Source: Azolla caroliniana (taxonomy: Eukaryota > Plantae > Polypodiophyta). From it: a stretch of 64,000 nucleotides of DNA. The position numbers and the translations under genes are program-made. The stretch lies in assembly GCA_043228905.1 (NCBI GenBank), contig JBHGNT010000004.1, positions 12,524,001 to 12,588,000 on the forward strand. Reading direction: 5' to 3'. The stretch's first letter is position 1; every line of letters starts with the position of its first letter. Positions 11,611-24,765 of this stretch are shown one piece after another. The notes under the pieces were generated by a model. That model was not told the DNA's origin. It saw nothing but the letters and a program-made list of their open reading frames with translations, and ran no database searches.

Positions 11611-14600
11611 GATCTGTACAGCCCATTAGTGGTTCCATTCCTTCCAAGCAAGTTAGCAATGTGGTCCTAGCCCAAGTCATTGTTAGTACTAAAAGTACTC
11701 TCCCAGTACCCGTCCTAACACTTTTAGATTCCGGAGCTAATTCCTGTTTCATGGATCGAAATTTTTCCCAAGCTTCTCAGATATCCTTAAGAAAACTTCC
11801 TTGTCCCGCATCTGTAGTAGTCATTGATAGGTCGTTCCATTGCTTTCGTGAATATTGTAGAAGAATCAGAACCCATTCAAGTTGTCCTAGGTAGTTTTGT
11901 GTGTGTAATATCATTTAATATAATTAGTAGTCCAGAGCATCCCATTGTCTTAGGATTACCTTGGTTTGAATTACATAATCCAACCATAGATTGACCACCC
12001 CAAGAATCTACTCACCGAGTTTCAACCATTTCACTCCATCAACTACGCGAAGAAGGACCCAAGGACCTCAGTACAACTTCCAGCAAAATATCATCCTTAT
12101 GCCGATGTATTTGACAAGGTAAAAGCTGGTACCCTTCCTCATCACCATCCCTATGACTGTCCCATCGACTTACAACCAGGAATCGAGCCACCATGGGGAC
12201 CAATTTACAACTTGTCACCCACCGAGTTAGAAGTCCTTCGAGCCTACATAGAGGAGAACCTGGCAAGCAGGTTCATCCGTCATTCGAAATCTCCGGCCGG
12301 TGCACCCATCTTCTTTCTCAAGAAGAAAGATGGCTCACTTCGTCTCGTCGTTGATTACCACGGATTGAATAAAGTCACCATCCGGAATAGGTATGCACTT
12401 CCTCTTATATCAAGTCTTTTAGAGCGAGTTAATGGTGCCAAGTTTTTTACTAAAATCGACCTACGGGGAGCATATAACCTCGTGCGGATCCGACCAGGAG
12501 ATGAATGGAAGACCGCCTTTCGCACACGGTATGGGCATTTCGAGTATACTGTTATGCCGTTCGGCCTAACCAATGCACTCGCATTTTTCCAACACATGGC
12601 AAATGATATATTTAGAGACCTCTTGGATATCTGTTTGATCATCTATCTGGATGATCTATTGATTTATTCGAAGACCCAGGAAGAGCACGATTCTCATGTA
12701 CTATTAGTACTAAAGCGACTCCGCGAGAATGGTCTTTATGGCAAACTATAAAAATGTAGCTTTGACTGCAACCAAGTGGAATTTCTAGGCTACGTCATCT
12801 CCTCAAAGGGCATCGCCATGGATCCAGCTAAAATCCAAACTATACTAGAGTGGCAAATTCCATGGTCGGTACGAGATGTACAATACTTTTTAGGTTTTGC
12901 CAACTTCTACCGTAAGTTTACACAGGATTACTCGAAGATTATTTTACCTCTCACACAACTTACGAAGAAGGGCCAAGCATTTCTTTGGTCTAGCGAAGCA
13001 GATATGGCTTTTCGGCATCTTAAGAAAGCCTTTACATCAGCACCGATTCTAGCTCATGTGGATACAAGCAAACCATTCATCATTGAGGCCAACGCATCCG
13101 ATTTCGCCCTTGGTAGCATCCTTTCTCAACAAGGAGATAAAGAAGAGTTGCATCCTGTGGCTTTCCATTCGCGCAAATTCGATGTCGTAGAAATCAACTA
13201 CGAAATACATGACAAGGAGTTATTAGCCATCGTGGATTCATTTGTGTAATGGCGGCATTTCCTAGAGGGCTCTCCACATCAGGTCATTGTCTTTAACGAT
13301 CATAAAAATCTTGCTTATTTCCAGAACGCTCGCGTACTAAATCGACGGCAAGCTCGGTGGGCGCAATTCCTCACGCGTTTCAACTTCAAAATCACATATC
13401 GACCGGGGAAGCAGCAAGGAAAATCACGTATCTTGCACCTCGTCCTGGTGATGCAACATTTGATAATCAAAAGCAAGTAATCTTGGGACCAACACGATTG
13501 CACACGACGCGGATTTTTCACACCTCGATGGATTTACGGATTACCGATGACATACGTGCAACCTTGAAGACGGATAGTTTTGCTCAAGACATCCTGGCGC
13601 ACATTGATACTTCTCGGGCATCTTGTTCTCAGTCTCAACAACCAGGTATTGACTACCGAAAATTTGAATATCATGATGGTTTGTTATTCTTTAAAAAGCG
13701 CGTATATGTCCCCGATTGCTCCTGTCGCCTTCAAATCGTCCAGCATTGTAACGACACCCATACAGCGGGACATTTCGGTAGTACTAAGACGTTGGAGCTA
13801 GTGCAACGATCTTTTTGGTGGCCCCACATGCGCCGTTTTGTCGACGACTACGTTTGGACCTGTGATGCTTGCTGCTGAGCAAAGATGCCACGACACCATC
13901 CATATGGCTTGTTGGAACCCTTACCGATTCCAAGTAAGCCGTGGCAATCTATTTGTCTTGATTTTATCACAGATCTGCCAGTCTCGAAGGGGTTTGATGC
14001 TATCCTAACCGTCGTCGATCGATATACAAAGATGGCACATTTTGTGCCGTGCACTAAAGCCATCACTAGCGAGGAAACCGCCGCCATTGTCATGCGTGAG
14101 GTATTTCGGCATCATGGCCTCCCAGACAGTATCGTCAGTGACCGAGGACTGCAATTTGTGTCCAAATTTTGGCAACATCTCTTCAAGATGCTCAAGGTCT
14201 CTTGTAACCTCTCCTCCGGCTACCATCCTCAGACCGATGGGCAGGCGGAACGAACAAACCAAACGCTGGAGCAATATCTCTGGTGTTTCTTGAGTTATCA
14301 ACAGGACGATTGAGCCGAGATTCTCCACTTTGCGGAGTTTGCGTATAATAATGCTATTCACTCCTCGACTCGGGTCTCCCCATTTTTCGCTTATACCGGT
14401 TTCCATCCTCGCTGGTCGGTGATCGATACCCCGGAGCTACCTACCAACCCTCGTGCCGAGGATCATTTGGAGAGGCTACGCAAGATCCAGATGGATCTCT
14501 CTACTCATCTTCGTCATGCTCAACACACACAGAAGGCTTATGTGGATCGTCATTGGATTCCCTCCTCTTTTGCCATCGGAGATCAAGTATGGCTCTTACG

Positions 14601-15039
14601 TCGTCACATCAAGACTACTCGACCGTGCGACAAGTTGGATTATCGACGACTCGGTCCTTTCCGTATTACGGGTAAGATTAATGATGTCACATTCCGCCTT
14701 GATCTCCCTCTGCAGCTTCAGATACATCCGGTTTTCCATTGTTCTCTTCTTGAACCTTATAAAGCAAACACCATTCCCGATCGTGTGACACCACCGCCGC
14801 CCCCGCTGGAGTTGGACGCCGGCCCGGAGTATGAAGTTGTTGCCATCCTCGATTCCAAACTTGTTCGCAACAAACTTTATTATTTGGTCGATTGGCTCGG
14901 TTATAGTCTGAGCGAACGTACTTGGGAACCCGTCGAGCATGTTGCCAATGCTCAGGATCTTCTTGCTAATTTCCACCGAAAGTATCCGGACAAACCCGGT
15001 CCACAATCAGCGCCAACTCGTTCCACTCATCATCTTTAA
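11565..15039 (+). pseudogene. Chromovirus pol (PR-RT-RH-INT-chromodomain), disrupted
   Basis: [56 protein letters not shown], and chromodomain EYEV..ILD...YLVDWLGY..SERTWEP. Confidence 0.95.
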
Positions 15040-15050
15040 TGGGGAGATAG

Positions 15051-15495
15051 TGTCATGATATGGCAAGACTCGAACCCATTACCTTATGCTACATGGGTCG
15101 AGCTCTTACCATTAGACTATGAATTGTAATTTGTAGGATATTATTTTCATTTATGCTTTATCATAGAAAATTGATGTATATTCCAGATCTCTCTGGAACA
15201 TTCTAGAAGCTTCAGGATTATTCCTAAAAACACTATAAAAGGAGGCACAAGGCATTGTTTTGAACGAAATTGGTTCAACGCCAGTCTTAAGCCTCTTAGC
15301 CGCTTGTACTTATCTTTTTCACATAATATATTAGCTGCTGTCATCATCTTTCTCTCTCTCTCATTCTCGTTATCTCTCTCTCTCCTCTTCTCACTTCCTC
15401 TCTCGAGAATCTTACGCAGTCCTGTCCTCTTAGTACTAATAGTACTGCTCTTCTTTAGTACTAATTCCATCTCTGCTTTACTACTATTCCTGACA
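15051..15495 (+). repeat. 3' LTR of chromovirus
   Basis: TGTCA...TGACA ends, preceded by the purine tract ggggagatag. Confidence 0.95.
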
Positions 15496-16101
15496 CTTGC
15501 CGGGTCTCCTTACTGATTTCGGTCCTTACCGGTTCCTCCTTCCGGTTCTCACTGGGTACTCCATATCCTATCCGGAGAAACCAAAAATGTAATTTTTCAT
15601 GTAGTGTGCGAATTAAACTACGACACCACCATCCGACCGCAAGCACTTGATCTTCCTCCCCTTTTCCCATTCAACCAGGCTTTGCAGGTTCCGGAAACAC
15701 TCGAAGACTTTGCTCTTCTACTCAATGAGGTAGATCCATGTGTGTCGGCTGTAGTCATCAATGAAGGATTTGGGCCGTGTAATCGGCTACCGACATGTCC
15801 TTTTGTCGGACATTGCTCAACTCCTGTTGGAGATGCAGCTTCCGGGTCGTGGTGCTTGCTGCGAAAACCTTCTTCAAGTTTCCCCAAGCTTTAGGTGTTG
15901 TGTCATTACCTCCGTTGACATAGCTCTAGTAGCCATGCCCAAGCAGGTACTGGTGAACCTTGTATGACCAAGATGCATAGTTGTATCTGTCGAGCTTCTC
16001 CACTGGCATTCCTCTGTCCATCACTTCTCTTTTTGTTCTTACCAGGTCTAAGGGTTTGTCTCCAGATGTTGATGTCGACTGCAAAGGTTCTCAACCCTCG
16101 C

Positions 16102-16113
16102 ACTCTGATACCA
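16102..16113 (-). promoter_or_regulatory. iMet-tRNA PBS of copia A
   Basis: TGGTATCAGAG directly inside the LTR. Confidence 0.9.
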
Positions 16114-16536
16114 TGTAATAACGAAGGTGCGGAAATGTTAGACAACCAGCTTGACCGAAAAGCAACAGAGAGAGAGAGAGAGAGAGATTAACACACAGAA
16201 GGTACACAGGAAAGATAGAGAAAGAGCAGAACAACTTAAATCTATTATCGACAACTCTGTAAAATTCTTTGTACATACAACGTGCTCAACAACACTATTT
16301 ATACAAGTCCTAGGAGGACTGACAGAAGTACGGTGTACTTCAATGCTCACACGAGCGTCTGACACTAACTATGAGACATTAACTACCTAGTAGTCTAGGC
16401 TGCTACTAGGCTTTCGGTTACTGTTGAATCCGGCTAACCGGCTCCCCAGCTCACTGATCCGGCTCATCCTTCCGGATGTCGTTCTAGCTCAGGCTTATTC
16501 AACCGATCTGGATCCGGTTGAGCTTGCCACTCAACA
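16114..16536 (-). repeat. 5' LTR of copia A
   Basis: Minus strand reads TGTTGAG...TACA. Homologous to 22313-22680. Confidence 0.82.
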
Positions 16537-18416
16537 AAGAGCTAGAGAATCATAAGCCTTTTCAAACTTTGAATCGGAATCGGATAGCGAGCGTAGCATG
16601 TAGTCGAATTATCGAAGCCGTCAAGACAGCCTGGACAATCTGGCGAAAGACGGTTTAGAGTGCACACCGACACCCATAGACACAACATTACCCACACCGT
16701 CGGAACATGAAACAAACCAAGACCAACTGTTAGAGGAAACGGCGAAGTGTGTCTTCTGATCCGCTCTCGGAGCTTTGTCAGTTTTTTCTTTGAGTGCCCG
16801 ACAATCGGCTTTGATGTGTCCCAGTTTCTTGTAGTAGTTGCAGATTCGATTGTCCTGGGACTTGCTCCGGCTTCGCTAATTGTTCGGCGATCAGGAATAA
16901 CTTCTTCCCTGGTTGTTCGATCAGTTGGTTGAACCTTGTACTATGTAAGCTTCATCTGTCGAGTCTTTGGCGAAAGACTTTCTCCGAGCTCCTTCAGTCA
17001 GGATTGCAATCGTGACTTCGGAGTACTTAACGGCAATTGTTAAAGCATTGCACACGGTTGTAACGAAAGTTTCCCATGAAGAGGGGAGACTACTCATGAG
17101 TATCATTGCTCTGAGTTCATCCTGAATTGTCGTCCCCTGAGACGAGATTTGGGAGCTTATGCTTTCATACTCGTTGAGGTGTGCCTGAACCGAATCAGAT
17201 TCTTTCATCCGCAAGTTGTAGAGGCACCGGATCAGATACATCTTCGTTGCGGCGACCTTCTTTTCATAAGTTTCCGACAGTGTTTTCCAAAGTTCAAAAG
17301 CTGTCGAGCATGATTGCACTGTGAAGTACACTAACTCCGACAAGTGCATCCGAATCGTGGCACGGACGATTCTGTCCAGCTTTAGCCACTTGTTTGCCTT
17401 GTATGCTTCTGGAGGATTTTCATTCTCAATCGGATCTATCTGACCCTTGACTATGAGATAGTCCTACATTTGTTCCTTCCAAAAGTTGAAGTTCGAAACC
17501 GTTAAACTTCCTTATACTCATCTCCAATGAGCCGGATGTTGATGCCATATGCTTCGGTTTCGGTTGGTAAGACTCAGTTCGGAGTTGACTACGAACCTTA
17601 GTGGGGTGCAACCGGTCCGCTCACCCGATATCGTTCTAGTCGGTTTTGAACCTTAGTTGGTTTCGTTTCGGATACTTGTTGTTGAACTTGCTCAGAGTGA
17701 CTCCGGTGACTTGAGGGATAGAACCGGCTGGTCTTCCCGAATGTTGCCGAGTCGAAGTGAGCCCGGTTAGCTTCCGATTGTATGCCGAATACCGATTACA
17801 AGAAACCGATTGTTTGGGCCAATTTTGCTTCGGATGACTGCAGCGATGAGAGGAACAGATCTAACTAATTCTCCCGAATGTCGATCAGCCGAATGAAGCA
17901 CAAATTTGATTGTTGTCAGGAGACCAATCTGCAGCGGGTGGTTACAACAAGCGGGTGAATAGCGTCCGATAACCTATTCGGATGTCATTTAACCGAATGA
18001 AGCACGAATTTGGTTGTTGCCAAGAGACCAATCTTTAGTGGGTGGTTACAACAAGCGGGTGAATAGTGTCTGGTGACCTATTCAGATGTCGTTTAACCAA
18101 ATGAAGCACGATTGGGCCAGGTGTTGCACAGGGAGCTCGCCCCAAGTGGTTACAATCATAGGAACAGAGTACCGACGACTAGCTTACTCCAATTAGGGAT
18201 TTAACACAGTGAGATGCAAACTTCTTGTTTATCTTCTCTCTTCTCTGTTCTTCAAGAAGTTAAAAAAACAAAATGTTGTGGTGTACGATGATGGTTGACA
18301 GTGGGTTGAAGAGCCTCCAACGCTGTGATACCAAATGTTGGGAACAAGGTCGTCAATGCGGAAGAACAAACAACATTTGTGATAGTGAAGAACCTACGTA
18401 TGAGAATAAACAAGAT

Positions 18417-18457
<41 letters not shown>

Positions 18458-18640
18458 GTGATAGGCACAAAGAAGCGTTTTATTTCTTAATAGCAACAGT
18501 TACAACATAACAACCACCTTAACTAAATGTTGCAAAGTCACTTTATATAGTGACTATCTTAGGGCAACTGCCCTTTATACTATTTACATAAATAGCCCAA
18601 ACTTGGGCTGTCCAAAGGGACAGTGTGAATACGGCCATTA
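16537..18640 (-). mobile_element. Second copia family: truncated LTR (from 18336), iMet PBS 18322-18333, long leader, gag pseudogene (about 16700-17548)
   Basis: TGGTATCACAGC. Gag motifs KFNG.NF..W, LYNLRMKE, LMSSLPSSW and a zinc-knuckle remnant. Confidence 0.82.
17875..18112. repeat. Tandem repeat, 104-bp period, about 2.3 copies, in copia leader
   Basis: (G/A)AATGAAGCAC recurs at 17891, 17995 and 18099. Confidence 0.85.
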
Positions 18641-18654
18641 TACACTCGTATTCG

Positions 18655-21600
18655 ACATAGAGATAGGTCGGCACTCCGTCATGCCGAACTTGTACAACAT
18701 ATTCAACACATAGTGTCTTTGTGAGAGCAATATGCCGTCGGGGGTTCGGATCACCTCGATCCCAAGGAAATAGTGAAGGTCCCTTCATCTCAAATGCGTC
18801 TAATAGCTGGGACTTGACTCAGCTTATTTCATCGAGTCAAGATTCGGTGATGTCTAGATTATCATCATACAACAATATGCAAACCGGACCGTCTGAACCT
18901 TGCCGGATGAACAACAAACAATCGAACTTGGAGGCCGGAAAGCCCATCTTGTGCAACCGGTGCGTGATCTTCGCATTCTAAGCTCGGGGGGCTTGCTTCA
19001 GTCCATAAAGTGACTTCTTCAGCTGGCATACCGCTGGCTTGTTCATCTCCGACTGGAAACTGGGGGGTTGGGTCATAAAGACCTCTTCTTCAAGATCGCC
19101 TTGAAGAAATGCATTTTTCACGTCCATTTGGTGAAGATGCCACCCCCTTGCCGCAACAACCCCCAGCATCACACAAATCGTCATCATCTTCTCTACCGGA
19201 GCGAAGATCTCATCGTAGTCGATTTCGTGGGTCTGCGCGTATCTCTTCGCCACTAATTGGGCCTTGTACCGGTTAACCGAACCGTCGGTGTTGTACTTTA
19301 CCTTGTACACCCACTTACATCCGAGTGGTTTACTGTGTCAGGGAGGGTCAACTAGGTCCCATGTGTCATTGGCATCGAGTGCCCGCATTTCTTCCTTCAT
19401 AGCGGTACGCCAATTTGCTTCCTTTGCCGCTTCTGCGTAGCTCTCCGGTGTAGCTCTTCAGCTCACGCAGTTCTGCCACCTTGGTCATGTACGCATAGTG
19501 ATGCGCCATATACTCATTATACCCATACTGGTTGACGGGGTTCTTCTGGCAGGAAGACCGACGTAATTTATTGTTACCCACTTTGGGGCCCTTCTTTGCC
19601 GGTTCAGACTTCATTCCTGAAGATCCACCTCATCCTTTCCGGAGTCGGATTTGCTCTGATCCGACTCAACGTTGCCGGTTTCGTATTCCGGCATTTTCTT
19701 CTTCCCCTTCTCTTTGTGCATGAACCGTCTCCTCGGTTCGTTGCGCGGGGAAGGCACGGTAGAGTCTCCATTACTCGTTGGTTCTTCATCCGACTGGTCA
19801 TCCCGACTCAACCGCTCATTCGGTCCACTCAACCGAAATGATTCCGGACTCTCATCTAGAGTCTCGAACCCTTCGTCTTCTAACTAGGCCTGTTCAGGCT
19901 CACTAGCCTCATCCTCCGGTATCGGGTCAAGGTCGGAAGTCGGAGCCAGTAAGGAGTACCATGATGCCGATTCATCGAACTCGACATCTCGATTTACTCA
20001 GACCTGGTTCGTCTGAGGGTTATAACACTTGTACCCCTTTTGCTCATGCGAGTAACAGACCAAGATGCATTTCTTCGACTTTGCATCCAACTTCCTCCAC
20101 TTCTCATCCGGCACATTTACATATGCAATGCTACCGAATATTCGAAGGTGTCTCAAATTTGGCTTGCGCCCGAAATACAGCTATTGTGCTGACACCTTGT
20201 CACCGATCCTGTTTTGGATGTAGATGGTTGTCCGAACTGCCTCAGCCTAGTAGAAATGGGGCATGCTCTTCTCCTCCAACATTGCCCTTGCCGCGTTGAC
20301 AATCGACCGGTTCTTCCATTCGGCCACACCGTTTTGCTCTAGTGTGTACCTCTAGCTGAATTCTCTCTGAATTCCGTTCTGCTGCAGATAACTATTGAAT
20401 TGGCCGGAAAAATATTCTTTTCCGCCATCCGACCGCAGGCACTTGATCTTCCTCTCCGTTTCCCGTTCAACCAGGCTCTGCAATTTCTGGAAACACTCGA
20501 AGACTTCGCTCTTCTACTCAATGAGGTAGATCCATGTGTGCTGGCTGTAGTCGTCGATGAAGGAGACGAAATATCGACTCCCGCCAAGACTCATGTTTTG
20601 TGTCGGTCCCCATACATTTGAATGGATTAGATCGATCTTGTTACGCCTCCGGTTTCATTCGGTGGGGAATGGAATCTAGTGTTGCTTCCCGAGTTGGCAG
20701 GCTTCACATATTTGGACCTTCTGGCCATTGAACTTCGGCAAACCGAAAACAACTTGTTTCGTTTGCAGGTCTTGAAGCCTCTGGTATTTGACGTGGTCGA
20801 TCAGCTTGTGCTAGAGATCAATATCCAATTCAATCTTCTGTCCTTTGGCAAACAAAGCGGTGTTGACGTCATTGGTGTCGAGGATGAACATCCTCCCATT
20901 TCCGCGTCCTTGCGCAATAATCTGGCCCTCTTCCTCGATAAAGCACACAAAGTGCGTAAACCGCACCTACATCCCCTGGTCAACGATATGACCAACTGAC
21001 ACCAGGTTCTTTGTGATAGTCGGAACATGCAATACGTTCATCAGCTTCCCCCTTTGTCCGATGTGGCTCAAAGGAACTTCTCCGACATGCGCGATTGGGT
21101 GAGGAGTGTCGTCTTCAGTTTCGAAGACTCCCGGTTGTTCCAAGAAGGAGAACCACTCTTTGTGGCTCATCATGTGATTCAATGCCCTGGAGTCAACGTA
21201 CCACAGTTCCTCCGATTTGGAAGTGGTTTTCTTCATCGAGTTAGCCTTGTGTTTCATCACCAAGGCTGGCCCTTTACCGGCTTTTCCGGTTTTGGATCCT
21301 CCCGATCCATCTGCGTAGTGCGAGTATTGTTGGTTCTCTCTGCCGGCCTTGCCGGATCTGGATCTGTCCGAATCCGCGTGCTTCTTTCAACGGTCTCTTT
21401 CTCTGTGGCTCTTTTTACCACAATACCAACATTCCGTGTAGGCCTTTGCTTGCCAGCCTCCGGTGCCACCTTGACTCCCCCTGCTTGTGGAGGGTCCGGA
21501 ACTACTATCGGCACGTTCTTTTTGGCTTCGGTTCTGCTCTTTCTGGCCGCTACCATTGCAAGCCGACCCGCCTCGTCCACCATACCCACGATGCCAATCC

Positions 21601-22680
21601 GCCTCCGTGTACAACATTTGGCTATCAGTGGGTGCACTTGTTGACGCACCGGCGTGGTTCTCCTCTACAAGGAGCATCGACTGTAAGTCAAAAAATGATG
21701 GCGTATTCTCCCTTGTACATACCGCCGCTCGGAACCCTTTGAACATAGACGCTAGGCCCCCAAGATAGATCTGCACCATGTCATCTTCCTCTACAATGAC
21801 GTTGATAGAGGCACGTGAGTCCTAGATCTCTTTGATTCGGGCTGTTTAATCGGCTACAGACATGTCCTTCTATCAAACATTGCTCAACTCCTGTCGGAGT
21901 TGCAACTTCTGGGTCGTAGTGTTTGCCGCGAAAACCTTCTTTAGGTTTCCCCAAGCTTCTTTTGGCGTCTTGGCATCTCGGACATGGCTCAATAGCTGGT
22001 CTCCGACATTGGACGCAAAGCCGTACATCACTTTGCTTACCGCTTGTTCCCACTCTAGGAAGTCTTTGTGTGCCGCATCCAGTGCTATGATGTAAGCTCC
22101 ATCGGCATAGCTCTAGTAACCATGCCCAAGCAGGTACTGGTGCATCTTGTATGACCAAGATGCGTAGTTGGATCTGTCGAGCTTCTCCACTGGAAGCGAG
22201 CTAGCCATTCCTCTGTCCATTACTTCTCTTCTTGTTCTTACCGAGTCTTAGGGTTTGTCTTCAGATGTTGATGTCGGCTGCAGAGGTTCTCAACCCTCGC
22301 ACTCTGATACCATGTGAAAGATTATGTGCGGAAGCGTCAGACAAACCGACCTAGCCGGGTAGGAACAGAGAGAGAGAGAGACAGATTAATACGTAGGAGA
22401 GACAGAGAGACAACACAACATTTTGAAAAATTCTATTACAAAACAATAATAGTTCTCTATACATAAGACGTGCTCAACCGCACTATTTATACAAGTCCTA
22501 AGAGGATTAACAGAAGTACGTTGTACTTCAATGCTCACTCGAGCGTCTCACACTAACTATAAGACTATTAACTACCTAGTGGTCTAGGCTACTACTAGGT
22601 TTCCGGTTCTTGTTTAATTCGGCTAACTGGCTCCCCAGCTCAGCCGTTCAATTGCCCACCGGCTCGCCGATCCGTCTCAC
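18655..22680 (-). mobile_element. Copia (same family as copy A): truncated LTR, PBS, gag-PR-INT-RT pseudogene
   Basis: PBS at 22302-22312, LTR from 22313. Motifs [40 protein letters not shown]. Confidence 0.9.
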
Positions 22681-22683
22681 CAA

Positions 22684-24765
22684 GTGTTCAGTGTTTTGAC
22701 TATAGACTATGACATACTAGAAAGCCTTGTATTAATGCAAGCATATAGTCATTAAACATTTCCTGAATTATCATTTGAAATGTTACAGGAGCTGTTTTTA
22801 ATCGGAACATCATGACAACTACAACAAAGACTCCCCATTTCGTTACAAAAGTTGTCTTTTATTCATCTTCCAAATTCATGCGAACATGATTATAACCACT
22901 AAAAACATCAACAAAACTGTAAATCTCATGGTCTACTACAACATCTAGAATGCCATTCGTAAATAGTGACGAAAATGCGTCCCTTATTGTAGCTGCATTG
23001 AGTTTCCTGTAATCGACACACACCCAAATGTTACCATTCTTCTTAGGCCCCACTACAATCGGATTTAGCCAAGTTTCCTTTTTCATTGGTCGAATAAAGC
23101 CAACTCGACGTAATTTCTCGATTTCACATTGGTTGGTGTCGGTACTTCTCTTATTGCCTTCATTTTGTCGGGATCGACTGCAATGCCATCCTGACTTACT
23201 ATATGTCTGGACAATCCCCCACTTGTTACTCCCAATGCACATTTGGCCGGATTGAGACAAAGTCGACCTTGTCGATACTATTCTAGACATAGCCTTAAAT
23301 GTTCGAAGTGTTCGCTGTTTTGACTATAGACCGTGACATTCTAGAAAGCCTTGCATTAATGCAGGAATATAGTCATTAAACACTTCCTGAATTACCCTTT
23401 GAAATGTTACATCAACCGTTTTTAATCGGAACATCATGATAACTGCAACCAAGACTCCCCATTCTGTTCAAAAAGTTGTCTTTTATTCACCTTCCGGATG
23501 CATGCGAACATGATTATAACGACTAAAAACATCAAGAAAACTGTAAATCTCATGGTCTACTACAACATCTAGAATGCCATTCGTAAATTGAGTTTCCTAT
23601 GATCGACACACACCCGAATTTTACCTTTCCTCTTAGGCACCACTACAATCGGACTTAGCCAAGTTGCCTTTTTCACTGGTCGAATAAAAGCGACTTGAAG
23701 TAATTTGTCGATTTCACATTGGTCGGTGTCGGTACTTCCCTTATTCCCTTCATTTTGTCAGCATCAACTGTAATGCCATCCTGACTTACTATATGTCCTG
23801 ACAATGCCGCACTTGTCACTCCCAATGCACATGTGGCCAGATTGAGACTAAGTCGACCTTGTTGACACCATTCTAGACATAGCCTTAAATGTTCGAAGTG
23901 TTCGTTGTTTTCTCTATACACCGTGACATTCTAGAAAGACTTGCATTAATGTAGGGATAAATTCAATAAACATTTCCTGAATTACCCTTTGAAATATTAC
24001 AGGAGCCGTTTTTAAAAGGAACATCATGATAACTGCAACAAAGACTCCCCATTCTGTTATAAAAGTTGTCTTTTATTCACCTTCCGGATGCATGTGAACT
24101 TGACTATAACCACTGAGACCATCAGGAAAACTTTAAATTTCATGGTCTGCTACTACATCTAGAATGCCATCCATAAAAGGTAACGAAAGTGCATCCCTTA
24201 TTGTAGCTGCATTGAGTTTCCTATGATCGACACACACCCGAATTTTACTTAGGCACCACTACAATCGGATTTAGCCAAGTTGCCTTTTCCATTGGTCGAA
24301 TAAAGGCGACTCGAAGTAATTTGTCAATTTCACATTGGTCGGTGTCAGTACTTCTCTTATTCCCTTCATTTTGTCGACATCGACTATAATGCCATCCTGA
24401 CTTACTATATGTCCTGACAATGCCCCGCTTCTTATTCCGAATGCATATATAGTTGTATTGAGACTAAGTCGACCTTGTTGACACCGTTCTAGATAAAGCC
24501 TTAAATGTTCGAAGTGTTCGGTCTTGATTATAGCCACTGAAAACATCAAGAAAAGAGTAAATCTCATGGTCTGCTACTGCATCTAGAATGCCATCTGTAA
24601 ATGGTAACGAAAATGCATCCCTTATTGTAGCTGCATTGAGTTTCCTGTAATTGACACACAACCGAATTGTACCATTGTTCTTAGGCACCAATAAAATCGG
24701 AGTTAGCCAAGTTTCCTTTTTTACTTGTCGAATAAAGCATACTCGAAGTAATTTGTTGATTTCAT
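22684..24765 (-). repeat. Tandem array of about 600-bp RT-core units (about 4 copies, partly deleted)
   Basis: AAGTGTTC anchor recurs near 22684, 23308, 23898 and 24514. The same RT peptides recur in successive ORFs. Confidence 0.88.

Larger units (their letters stand above)
9896..15495 (+). mobile_element. Full-length chromovirus (Tcn1-like Ty3/gypsy)
   Basis: 445-bp LTRs at 9896-10340 and 15051-15495, perfect TSD CTTGC (9891-9895 / 15496-15500), PPT at 15041-15050, gag-PR-RT-RH-INT-chromodomain. Confidence 0.96.
2617..15625 (-). mobile_element. Full-length non-chromovirus Ty3/gypsy element (Phygy-like) with tRNA-Trp PBS
   Basis: Two near-identical TGTCG...CGACA LTRs, PPT, PBS and gag-PR-RT-RH-INT order. 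Flanks ccgc/ccac form a 4-bp TSD with one mismatch. Confidence 0.93.
9134..15625 (-). repeat. 5' LTR of the Trp-PBS gypsy, split by chromovirus (9134-9895 + 15501-15625)
   Basis: Colinear with 2617-3513 once the insert and one TSD copy are removed. Confidence 0.92.
1..16536 (-). mobile_element. Ty1/copia LTR retrotransposon (copy A), interrupted by a gypsy insertion at 2617-15625, internally deleted, 3' end beyond window
   Basis: Minus-strand RT/RNaseH/integrase fragments at 1-2616. Host sequence resumes at 15626 and matches the uninterrupted paralogue at about 20401-20460. Gag remnant, iMet PBS and LTR follow. Confidence 0.9.
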
